A DNA stretch of 63,933 nt from Anaerolineales bacterium. GTDB taxonomy: Bacteria; Chloroflexota; Anaerolineae; Anaerolineales; E44-bin32. Shown here piece by piece: positions 28,918 to 38,000 of this stretch; position 1 is the stretch's first letter, and each line of letters begins with the position of its first letter. Location: positions 1-63,933 of the forward strand of contig DASSGB010000099.1 in the NCBI GenBank assembly GCA_035693825.1, read 5' to 3'. Under the pieces are notes generated by a model. It did not search any database, was not told the DNA's origin, and worked only from the letters and a program-made list of their open reading frames with translations. The position numbers and the translations under genes are program-made.

Positions 28918-29430
28918 TCAAGGGCGCGTTGCCCGCTCGAGCGCGAGACCGCTCAGCTCGACCGACATGTGCCGGTCATGCAGCAGCGTGAGCAGAACGC
29001 GTACCCTGTCTCTTCCAGGGAGGCGGGAATCGAAGATGGCGGAGTATCCCGCCAGAGGTCCATCCCGGATGACCACAGGGTCACCGGCGCGCATGCGATC
29101 GAGGAACTCGTTCTCGGCCTGATTGGCTCCCTCGACCTTGCGACGTAAGGCGTGGATCAGCGCCTCGGGAACGCTGGCCGGCTCGCCGCCGAAAGACACC
29201 AGACCCAGGGAATGTGTCATCCAGCGGAACGCTCCCAGGCCGACCGAATCGCGCTCGGACTGGATGAACAGGTAGCCAGGGAAATAGGGCCGAGTCGGCC
29301 GCGCGCGTGGATTGACGGGACGCGCGACCAGGCGTGGATAGAACACGGGGATCTCTCGTTCTCGCAGCAGGCGCCACAGGGCTTCCTCTTTGCGCGGCTT
29401 GGTCCGCAGGGCATACCACAACAGGCCCAC
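28918..29430 (-). CDS. NusG-family transcription antiterminator paralogue (RfaH/UpxY/LoaP-like)
   Basis: WYALRTKPRKE, PYFPGYLF, LVSFGGEPA.VP, KOW motif GDPVVIRDGPLAG, RVRVLL; GTG start at 29430. Confidence 0.9.
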   Translation of the reverse strand: MGLLWYALRTKPRKEEALWRLLREREIPVFYPRLVARPVNPRARPTRPYFPGYLFIQSERDSVGLGAFRWMTHSLGLVSFGGEPASVPEALIHALRRKVEGANQAENEFLDRMRAGDPVVIRDGPLAGYSAIFDSRLPGRDRVRVLLTLLHDRHMSVELSGLALERATRP

Positions 29431-29438
29431 GTCGCAGG

Positions 29439-29735
29439 TCAATCGTTGGGAAACGCGGAGGCGACGAAGTGCTCGGCGAACCCGCCGGAAAGCGTGTCGA
29501 CTCCGACGAAGACTCTCAGGTTGATGTGGCACGCGGAGCAGGTCATCTCGACGCAGGACAGAGCGGTGGAGGCCGCCGTCTCCAGGTCGAGAGACACGCA
29601 GTAGGGGCAAAGATGTGCTTCCCGCCACGGTTCGTGCCAACGTTCCACAATGACCTCCGGCTCGCGCCGCGATCCTGAAAACAGCCGCGTCTCGAACTCG
29701 CCCCTAGTTGGTCGTCCACGTCCGATTTGGGACAA
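29439..29735 (-). CDS. Possible small zinc-ribbon protein
   Basis: CPYC...CSAC pairs; stop lies 8 nt before the antiterminator start; start codon uncertain. Confidence 0.35.
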   Translation of the reverse strand: MSQIGRGRPTRGEFETRLFSGSRREPEVIVERWHEPWREAHLCPYCVSLDLETAASTALSCVEMTCSACHINLRVFVGVDTLSGGFAEHFVASAFPND

Positions 29736-29970
29736 GTGCGGCCAGACGCGGCTTGTCCTTTACAGGCCGGCGCCAGCCAACTGGCGCGCAAACCAGCAGC
29801 CACAGGGGTAGGACTTATGAATTGACGACTAGCACTGAGGTCCGTCAGCCGGGGCCTTGGGAGCTGACGGTTCTTCCCTCACCGGCAGTTAGCAGAATAA
29901 AGTGGCCCTAGTAGGTCATACTTTACCAGAATGCTATTACCTTCCCAACGCCCGTAGGGATGATTGTTCC

Positions 29971-30678
29971 TCACCCCGCGGGGTGAACTACGGGCGGGTA
30001 GCTCCGATCTGGGACCATCCCATTGCGCAGCGCCCAAATGGCCGCCTGCGTCCGGTCGTTGACCCCCAGCCGGGCGAAAATGTCCCGGACATGGGTCTTG
30101 ACCGTGTTCTTGCTGACATACAGGGTATCGGCAATGGCAGCATTGTCCATACCCTCAGCGATCAAGGAAAGGACACGAATCTGCTGCGGCGTCAGGGCCG
30201 GTCGCTCGGATGGAGGCCCGCCGGCGGCGGTCTTGGTCGGTCCGCTGAGTTCGCGCAGGGCAAGCGTCAGGATGTCACGGTTGACGATCGCCTCGCCTTC
30301 CACCACGGCCCGCACCACGCGCGGGATGCTCGCCGGATCGTCGTCCTTGGTGATGTATCCGGCGGCACCGGCAGCGATGGCCCTGGCCAGGAAATCGGGC
30401 CGGGCGTAAGCCGTCGACATGATGACACTGGTTCGCGGCTGGGAGGCGCGCAACGCCGCCAAGGCCTGCAGCCCGTCCATATCCGGCATGATGATGTCCA
30501 GCAGGATGACCTGAGGCTCGAGCTGACGGGCCTGTTCCACAGCCTGGCGCCCAGTCGAAGCCTCGCCCACCACTTTGATGCCAGCCCGCTCGAGGACCAT
30601 GCGCAAGCCCATGCAGACCAGCTTGTGGTCGTCGGCGATCAGGACTCGAATCGGAGGCGATGTTGTCGTCTCGTCCAC
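29971..30678 (-). CDS. NarL/FixJ-family response regulator (REC + LuxR HTH)
   Basis: IRVLIADDH, LLDIIMPDMDG, GYITKD, LTPQQ..VLSLIAEG, IADTLYVSKNTVKTHV; start uncertain. Confidence 0.92.
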   Translation of the reverse strand: MDETTTSPPIRVLIADDHKLVCMGLRMVLERAGIKVVGEASTGRQAVEQARQLEPQVILLDIIMPDMDGLQALAALRASQPRTSVIMSTAYARPDFLARAIAAGAAGYITKDDDPASIPRVVRAVVEGEAIVNRDILTLALRELSGPTKTAAGGPPSERPALTPQQIRVLSLIAEGMDNAAIADTLYVSKNTVKTHVRDIFARLGVNDRTQAAIWALRNGMVPDRSYPPVVHPAG

Positions 30679-31041
30679 GCGGGGAGGATGGACTTCCGGG
30701 GAGGGCACTCTTCCCTGGAGGCCTCTTCTGTCGATGGTTGACAGGCTAGACAACGGATACGCCTCCCCGGCGTTACGCAAGTTTCCCCCTTGTCGAGACC
30801 CAACTGGATGGATTCCCGCCACAGCGCCGCCATCCGAGGTATTCTGGGTTGACGGCTACCGAAAAAGCCGCTGGGCGGTGGCCGGAGGTCTTGCGACGCC
30901 TTATCGTACAGTACTGCGGTCCTCCCTTGGAAGGGTATTTAAGTCCCCCCGGCCAACTGCGCCTGCCCGGCCAGGCACGCCCGGGAACTTTTCGGCCCAA
31001 CGGGCGTCCTATGGGCCAAGCCAAGGTGGATGGAGGTAGAC

Positions 31042-31470
31042 ATGTCTTATCGGCTGACTTCTGGAGCGTTCCTCATCGTCCTCGCTCTCGCTGCCTGCGG
31101 GCCGAGGCCGGCGACGCTCGACGCCGCCGAATTCGTCCAGGCCCTGGAGGCCGCCGGCGCCACGGTCGAGCCTGCCGGTCCCATCGAGCAGGAGTTCTTC
31201 ACCGTGGAGGGCCGGCTGTTCGCCGTGAACGGAGCGGACGTCCAGGTCTTCGAGTACGCCGACGCCGCCGCGCGCGAGGCCGACTCGTCACAGATCAGTG
31301 CCGACGGCGGCAGCATCGGAACGACGATGGTCACCTGGATCGACCAGCCGAACTTCTGGGCCAAAGACAGACTCATCGTGCTATATGTGGGGCGCGATCA
31401 GGCCCTCATCGACCTTCTCTCCGGCATCCTCGGAGAGCCGCTGACCGAGCCGTGGCCCGCTATCGGATAA
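31042..31470 (+). CDS. Hypothetical lipoprotein
   Basis: GGAGGT RBS, hydrophobic signal and LAAC lipobox. Confidence 0.8.
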   Translation: MSYRLTSGAFLIVLALAACGPRPATLDAAEFVQALEAAGATVEPAGPIEQEFFTVEGRLFAVNGADVQVFEYADAAAREADSSQISADGGSIGTTMVTWIDQPNFWAKDRLIVLYVGRDQALIDLLSGILGEPLTEPWPAIG

Positions 31471-31493
31471 GCGCCTCGAATTGACCTGAGAGG

Positions 31494-31523
31494 AAGGAGC
31501 CCCGGCGTGATCCGGGGCTCCTT
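31494..31523. terminator. Probable bidirectional terminator hairpin between convergent genes
   Basis: AAGGAGCCCCGG-cgtgat-CCGGGGCTCCTT, perfect 12-bp stem. Confidence 0.8.
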
Positions 31524-31547
31524 GTCCTTAGAGGAGGAACGGGCCGT

Positions 31548-32726
31548 CTACAGGTTGCGAACGAAGGTTCCTATCCGATCCAGCGCCCGCTCCAGGTTGT
31601 CCATCGAATTGGCATACGACAGGCGCAGGTAGCCTTCGCCGTTCGTGCCGAAGGCGGTGCCCGGCAGCAGAGCCACCCCGACTTCTCGCAGAAGACGATC
31701 CGCCACCTCGTCCGAACCCAGGCCGAGCGCGCGGATGTTGGGAAAGACATAGAACGCGCCTTGCGGCCGCTGGCAAGAGATACCGGGGATGGCGTTCAGG
31801 CCCTCTACCAGCCGGTTCCGGCGGACCCGGAACGACCCGGCCAACGCCTCTACCTGGTCCTGCGGGCCGCGCAGGGCTTCGACGGCGGCGATCTGAGTGA
31901 AGTGTGCCGAACACCCCACCGAATGCGTGATGAGCAACTCCACCACGCGCGCCAGCGGCTCCGGCATGATCCCGAACCCGAGCCGCCAGCCGGTCATGGC
32001 GTACGTCTTGGAGAAGCCGTCTACGATGATCGTGCGCTCCGCCATCCCCGGCAGCGAGGCGATACTTACGGCCTGCACGCCGTCGTAGACCAGCCGGGCG
32101 TAGATCTCGTCGGAGAGAATCCAGCAATCGTAGCGATCGGCGGCTTCGGCCAGGTATTCGAGATCGGAGGGTGGAATCACTCCGCCGGTCGGATTGGCCG
32201 GCGAGTTGAGGATGATGAGTTTGGTCCGGGGGCCGATCAGGCGCTCGAAGGCCTTCAGGTCGAACGAGAACTGGTTTTCTTCATTCAGCGGCACCGGGAC
32301 CGGAATGCCACCGGCCACGCCGATCATCGCGGCGTAGGTCGGGAAGCCGGGATCGGGGTACAGGACTTCGTCCCCGGGCTCAACCAGAGCCAGGGTCGGG
32401 AAGAACATGTTGGGTTTGGCCCCCGGGCTGACGATGACCTGGTCCGGCGTAATGGGCAGGCTGCGTTGCCTCCCGGCGACCTCGGCGATGGCCCGGCGCA
32501 GCTCGGGCATGCCCGCAGGCGGGTTGTAGCGCGTCTTGCCCGCCTGGATGGCGGCCACGCCCGCCTGCTGGATGTTGTCGAACGTCCGCGCATCCGGTTC
32601 GCCGACCTCGAGATGAATGATGTCGCGGCCCTCGCGCTCGAGCGCCTGGGCCTGGGCCAGCACATGGTAGGCGCCTTCGGCGCGCAAATGACGCACGCGG
32701 CTCGCCGGCTGAAGGGATACGGACAC
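31548..32726 (-). CDS. PLP-dependent aminotransferase class I/II (aspartate aminotransferase-like)
   Basis: GEPD, NSPANPTG, SDEIY, GFSKTYAMTGWRLG, PQGAFYVF, YLRLSYA; GGAAGGAGG RBS before GTG 32726. Confidence 0.92.
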   Translation of the reverse strand: MSVSLQPASRVRHLRAEGAYHVLAQAQALEREGRDIIHLEVGEPDARTFDNIQQAGVAAIQAGKTRYNPPAGMPELRRAIAEVAGRQRSLPITPDQVIVSPGAKPNMFFPTLALVEPGDEVLYPDPGFPTYAAMIGVAGGIPVPVPLNEENQFSFDLKAFERLIGPRTKLIILNSPANPTGGVIPPSDLEYLAEAADRYDCWILSDEIYARLVYDGVQAVSIASLPGMAERTIIVDGFSKTYAMTGWRLGFGIMPEPLARVVELLITHSVGCSAHFTQIAAVEALRGPQDQVEALAGSFRVRRNRLVEGLNAIPGISCQRPQGAFYVFPNIRALGLGSDEVADRLLREVGVALLPGTAFGTNGEGYLRLSYANSMDNLERALDRIGTFVRNL

Positions 32727-32805
32727 GCGTGGCCTCCTTCCCATCGATGCCACCTGGGCGAAGACTGGCAGCCTTCACCCGCGGCCACCTCGGCCGCGGG
32801 GGGCC

Positions 32806-33228
32806 TCAATCGATTTCATGCGGCCGCGAGCGCAGACTCTTGGCCTGACCGCGCCTGCGCTTCGCCTCGAGCCGCCGCCGGCGCGCCGCGGCGGTCGGCT
32901 TCGTCGCCTTTCGCGGCCGGGGCGGGCGTCGCGCGGCTGCGACCAGCCGGGCCAGGCGAGCCTCGGCATCCCGGCGATTCGCCTCTTGCGTGCGGAATCG
33001 TCGGGCCTCGATCACCAGCACCCCGCCGGCCGTGGCACGCTTCCCCGCCAGCCGCAACAGGCGATCCTTCACCGGCTCGGGAAGCCAGGCGGACCGTGCG
33101 ACGTCAAAGCGAAGCCTGACCGCCGTGGAAACCTTGTTGACGTTCTGGCCTCCCGGGCCCGAGGCACGGAAGAATTCGACGTGCAGCTCCTCCGGCGGCG
33201 GGATCGGCGATGCCTTGTGACGGATCAT
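32806..33228 (-). CDS. arfB: Alternative ribosome rescue peptidyl-tRNA hydrolase ArfB (YaeJ)
   Basis: RASGPGGQNVNKVSTAV, RTQEANR, basic C-terminal tail RKATKPT..RRRRLEAKRRR. Confidence 0.93.
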   Translation of the reverse strand: MIRHKASPIPPPEELHVEFFRASGPGGQNVNKVSTAVRLRFDVARSAWLPEPVKDRLLRLAGKRATAGGVLVIEARRFRTQEANRRDAEARLARLVAAARRPPRPRKATKPTAAARRRRLEAKRRRGQAKSLRSRPHEID

Positions 33229-34313
33229 CGATGGCGCCCGTTGTCCGGCGGCTTGCGCCTGGCGCTGACCGCTTGGGCAATCCTGCGCGCGACGAAACCC
33301 ATCGGGTAGGCTTTCAGTCTGGAGGGCGCCGCCCAATGAATGGCGGCGTGCTCGAGAGCCGCAGGTGTCCCACGAAGCAGACGGCATTCGAAGGCGTACA
33401 CCGTCACGCCGAAATGGGAATAGGAGTGACGAATCTCTCCGACGCGCTCCCCGACCCTCACGCGCACTCCAAGCTCTTCCCGGAGCTCTCGCCGCAGGCA
33501 ATCATGAAGGCTCTCGCGCGAGCGACGCTTGCCGCCGGGAAATTCCCACAGTCCCCCCAGCAAAACGCCTGGCGGGCGCTTGGCGATCAAGACTCGACCG
33601 TTGCGGCGGATCACGCCGGCGGTCGCCACGTGCTCCGGGACGCGCCGGCTCCGACCGCGAACCGGTCGCTGGGCCTGGAGGCCCTTCTTTCGGGCCACGC
33701 ACCATGCGCCAACGGGGCACAGGCCACATCGGGGCTCTCGAGTCACACAAATGAGGGCGCCCAGGTCCATGAGGGCCTGGTTGAAGTCTGCCGCATGGCC
33801 CGGAGGCAGCTTCCTGCGCGCATACTGCCTCAACATCCGTTCCGCCTCGGGGCGGCGAGGATCACGGTCGAGATTTGAAAGGCGGGACAGGACGCGCCGG
33901 AGATTCCCGTCGAGGGCGATTTCGTCCGCATCGAACGCGATGGCCGCCACGGCCGCGGCGGTGTAGGAACCCACGCCCGGAAGCCTCGCCAGCGACGCCG
34001 GGTCTCGAGGAACGCTCCCACCGTGCTCATTCATGATTTGCCGCGCGCCGTTCCGCAGAGCGAGAGCCCTCCGGTAATACCCCAGCCCCTCCCACAACCG
34101 CATGACCTGCTGCTCGGTGGCTCGGGCGAGCGAAGCCGGCGTGGGAAATCGCCTCATCCACCGCAGGTAATAAGGCACGACCGTCTCGGCCCGGGTCTGC
34201 TGCAGCATCACCTCCGACACCCACACAGCATATGCGTCGCGGGTGCCGCGCCACGGCAGATCGCGTTTGTGCTCTCGATACCAGGTCAGCAGCTCACGGG
34301 CGAAGGAGTGCAC
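33225..34313 (-). CDS. mutY: A/G-specific adenine glycosylase MutY with C-terminal Nudix domain
   Basis: RDLPWR, VSEVMLQQT, WEGLGYY, LPGVGSYTA, DGN, FNQALMDLGA, Cx6Cx2Cx5C Fe-S motif. Confidence 0.96.
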   Translation of the reverse strand: MHSFARELLTWYREHKRDLPWRGTRDAYAVWVSEVMLQQTRAETVVPYYLRWMRRFPTPASLARATEQQVMRLWEGLGYYRRALALRNGARQIMNEHGGSVPRDPASLARLPGVGSYTAAAVAAIAFDADEIALDGNLRRVLSRLSNLDRDPRRPEAERMLRQYARRKLPPGHAADFNQALMDLGALICVTREPRCGLCPVGAWCVARKKGLQAQRPVRGRSRRVPEHVATAGVIRRNGRVLIAKRPPGVLLGGLWEFPGGKRRSRESLHDCLRRELREELGVRVRVGERVGEIRHSYSHFGVTVYAFECRLLRGTPAALEHAAIHWAAPSRLKAYPMGFVARRIAQAVSARRKPPDNGRHR

Positions 34314-34319
34314 GTGGCA

Positions 34320-34325
34320 ATTCTA
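34320..34325 (-). promoter_or_regulatory. -10 box (TAGAAT) placed for leaderless mutY transcription
   Basis: TAGAAT then 6 nt then the GTG start; no Shine-Dalgarno sequence in between. Confidence 0.5.
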
Positions 34326-34362
34326 GCCCAGACGTTGCCTCGGACTCCGATCCCGGCCGGCC

Positions 34363-35007
34363 TCAGGTTTGCTTCCAGGCCAGCAGGAGTCCATCACGGA
34401 TCGGGAGGACGGTCGAAATCCAGGCCGGGTCCCCGACCACCATCTGGGTGAAACGGCGAATGGCTTCCGTTGACGGCGAGCGGTCGCGACCATCGGCGAC
34501 GTTCCCGCGGCGAAGGGCATTGTCGGCAATCAGAATCCCGCCCTGGCGAAGCTTGTCCCCGACGACAGGCAAGGCCTCCGGATAAGCTTCCTTGTCGATG
34601 TCGAGGAAGATCAGGTCGAAGGGCCCGGGGGTTCCGCGGAGGATCTCAATCGCTTCGCCGACCCGGTACTCCATCCAGGGCGCGAACCCCAGGACCTCCA
34701 GATGCCGGCGGGCCTGCGCCGACAGCACGTTGTCCCAAACCACGTGATAAACCTTCCCGCCGCCGTTCTCGTGGACGGCGCGGGCGAACCATGCGGTGGA
34801 ATAGCCGTAGCCGGAGCCCATTTCGAACACCGTCCGTGCTCCGATCATCCTGGCCAGCAGGTAACAAGCCTGGCCGCAAGCGGGTCCAACAATCGGGAAA
34901 TGGATACGTCTTCCGATAGCCTCCATCTCGGCCAACTCCGCCGGTCGGGCCGGAACGAGCGATTCGAGGTAACGGTCCACTCTGTCGGGCAACAGGCCTT
35001 CGGCCAT
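34363..35007 (-). CDS. SAM-dependent O-methyltransferase (CCoAOMT/Methyltransf_3-like)
   Basis: FPIVGP, EMGSGYGYST, FDLIFLDIDKEAY, LIADNAL, LPIRDG. Confidence 0.88.
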   Translation of the reverse strand: MAEGLLPDRVDRYLESLVPARPAELAEMEAIGRRIHFPIVGPACGQACYLLARMIGARTVFEMGSGYGYSTAWFARAVHENGGGKVYHVVWDNVLSAQARRHLEVLGFAPWMEYRVGEAIEILRGTPGPFDLIFLDIDKEAYPEALPVVGDKLRQGGILIADNALRRGNVADGRDRSPSTEAIRRFTQMVVGDPAWISTVLPIRDGLLLAWKQT

Positions 35008-35096
35008 GAGCACCTCCGGCGGAATCCTAATTCGTAACCGCCGCCTCGTCCCAGCCTGTTTGTCTTGGATCTGAAGGAGCGAATGCCAGCCGCGGC

Positions 35097-38000
35097 CTAG
35101 CGGCCGCCCGACCACCCGTCGGGTCGATCGGCGGCCAGGCCTGGAACGGCCGCGTCGCTGAGCGTCGAGGACGGCTGCGTATCCATCCGCACAAGCACAG
35201 CCCGAACGGCGATTCGCCAGCGATACGTTTGCTCGCGTTCGTCGTAGCCATGACAGGTGACGAGAGTCAGCCAGGAGATTTCTTCGTGTCGGAAGACGTC
35301 GCGATCCGCTGGCGAGACCAGATCGACTTCGCGCACCTCGTAGACGTGCCGCAGGCCCCAGGCACGCACGATGATGAGGTCTCCAAACTGCAGGGATTTC
35401 AGGTCGGCAAACGGCCCGGGCAGGCCGCTGGGAAGAACGACATGCGCCGTGACGACGCTGTTGCCGGCCCAGGTGGGGAAGGCCGTGCCGTAGAGGTAGC
35501 CGGCCTGAGCGCCTAGCCACGAAACGTCCCACTCCGGGCCCGACTTGGGGACCCCGACAATTCTCGTGCTCACACCCAGCGAGGGGATCTCCAACTGGAT
35601 GTCGCCGTAATCGATGTAGTCGGGCGCCTCGGACCGGGGTCCGAGTCGCGTGATCCGTCCCGGCGCGAAGCCCGTCTCAGGAACTTCTTGGCCGGAGACG
35701 ACAATCGCAATGGAAGCGGCATCGGCGTTGTTCGTAGGATCGGAGTCGGGCGAGCTCGTCGTCAGAGTGACGGTGTTCGTGCCCCCGGGCGGAGTGGCCG
35801 AGCCGTTGACGGTGGTGTTGATGGTGACCGTAAAGACGTCGGCCGGAGCGATCGGCCCGAAGTCGATGGTGATGGTATTGCCGGCGATGCCCACCGACGG
35901 ACCGGCCGGTGCCACCAGGACGCTGTTGACGGTCAGGAAGGAGGGCACGACGTCCGTCACAACGACGTCGTCTGCAACGTCATTGCCGTTGTTGGTAACG
36001 ATGAGGGTGAAGACGACCGTGTCGCCGATGGATGCGCTGGCCGGATCCCCGGACTTGGTGATGGCGGGATCGATGATGAGAGGCGCCCCGGTCAAAGTTG
36101 GGGTGTGCGTTGCCGTCGGCGAAGGCGTCGCGGTGTCGGTCGAAGTGGCCGACGGGGTCAGGGTCTCCGTGGGTGTGCTCGAAGGCGTTGGTGTATCGGT
36201 CGCCGTGTCGGTTGGCGTGGACGTGTCGGTTTGCGTGCTCGACGGAGTCGACGTGTCCGTCGGGGCGTTCGTCGGCGTATTCGTCGGCGTGAGCGTGCCG
36301 GTAGGAGTGCTCGACGGCGTCGGCGTATCCGTTGGTGTACTCGAAGGTGTCGGCGTGTCGGTCGGCGTGCTCGACGGAGTCGACGTGTCCGTCGGGACGT
36401 TCGTCGGCGTATTCGTCGGTGTGCCCGAAGGAGTCGGCGTGTCGGTCGCCGTGCCCGACGGCGTAAGTGTGTCGGTGGGCGTGTTCGATGGCGTCAGCGT
36501 GTCGGTGGATGTGGAGGACGGCGTAGGTGTGTCCGTCGTCGTAGCAGTTGACGTGGGCGTATCGGTCGCGGTGCTGGATGGTGTCGAGGTCTCCGTCGGC
36601 GTGTTGGAGGCTGTCGACGTGTCCGTAGGCGTGCTCGACGGCGTAGGTGTGTCTGTCGCCGTAGGGGTTGACGTGGGCGTATTGGTCGCGGTGCTGGACG
36701 GTGTCAAGGTCTCCGTCGGCGTGCTGGAGGCTGTCGACGTGTCCGTAGGCGTGCTCGACGGCGTCGGCGTATCCGTCGGTGTGCTCGAAGGAGTCGGCGT
36801 GTCGGTCGCCGTGGCCGACGGCGTAAGTGTGTCGGTCGGCGTGCTCGACGGTGTCAGCGTGTCGGTGGGAGTGGGACTGAACGTGGGAGTAGGGCCGATG
36901 ACGTCCAGCGTGTCGCTGGCGGCGGTCGTGTTGGAAACCCCCTGATCGGTGGTGACCTGGCCGTTGGGGATCGTGTTCACATGCGACCCGCCCACCGAGG
37001 AGGTCACGCTCACCGTGACGGTGCACGCCTGGCTTGCCGGCAGGTAGGCCCCGCTGAGGGAGACCGTGCCGCCTCCGTCAACCGCCGCCACGACGCCGTC
37101 CTGACAATCGGTCGAGGCGTTAGCCGGCGTGGCGTTGACGATCTCCGCCGGATAGGTGTCGGTGAAGGACGCGTTCGACAGATCGGTGCCGCCCGAGTTG
37201 TTGAGGGTGATGATCAGCGTCGATGTCCCGCCAGCCGGAATGCTGGACGGGACGAACGATTTGGTGACGGTCGGCGGCGTCAGATAGGTAACCGTTTCCG
37301 AAGAGGTGTTGGAGGTGATGGTGTCGGTCAGGAACAGGGCCGTGGCGAAGGCGGAGTTCGTCACCGACTTTGCGGTGACGTCGGCAGCCGTCGTGATATA
37401 GCTACCTGTGCACGTGGTGGAGTCACCGGGATTCAACGGGCTGGTTGCCGACGAGCAGTCCACGGTGACGAGGTCGTCGGTCACCGTGTAAGGCGACGTC
37501 AAAATGGTCTGGCCGGTGTTGGTCAGGGTGTAGGTGTAGGTGATCGTTTCACCGGCCGCGGTGTACGTACCGGGGCTGCCGCTCTTTCCCAGACTCAAGG
37601 ACGACGGCAGGGCGCAGCCCGTCACCTGGATATTGTCGAGCCGCAGGAAGCGAGCTGACGACGAAGCGTCGAAGCCGATCCAGCGGAAGGCAGCGTTGGT
37701 GTTGTTGTCCAGGGTCGAGATGGATAGCAGGTTCTCGTCGAAGGAGGTGAAGGACGTGCCCAACGGATGCGTCGAGCCCTGCAGGGTATACGGGCCGCCG
37801 TCGGAGGAATAGAAGTTCAAGCTGTCCGGACCGTTGACATTGTTTTCGGAGGCGTCGTAAAGCACGCGGATATCGTAGAACCCGACCGTACTGACGGCCG
37901 CCTGGACGTATTTGGTTGTGTCGAGGGTCGCCGGCCAGTTGGAGTAGGCCACCCCCGGTGCCGGGTTGCCGCCCTGGGTGAAATCCGGCCCGCTGACGTT

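Noticed and set aside
36090..36895. Regular 30-nt repeats as a CRISPR array
   Set aside because: No unique spacers, in-frame T/P coding, degenerate third positions and no cas genes.
35650..37026. Val/Gly-rich and His/Ala/Asp-rich repetitive ORFs
   Set aside because: Alternative frames of the T/P repeat region.
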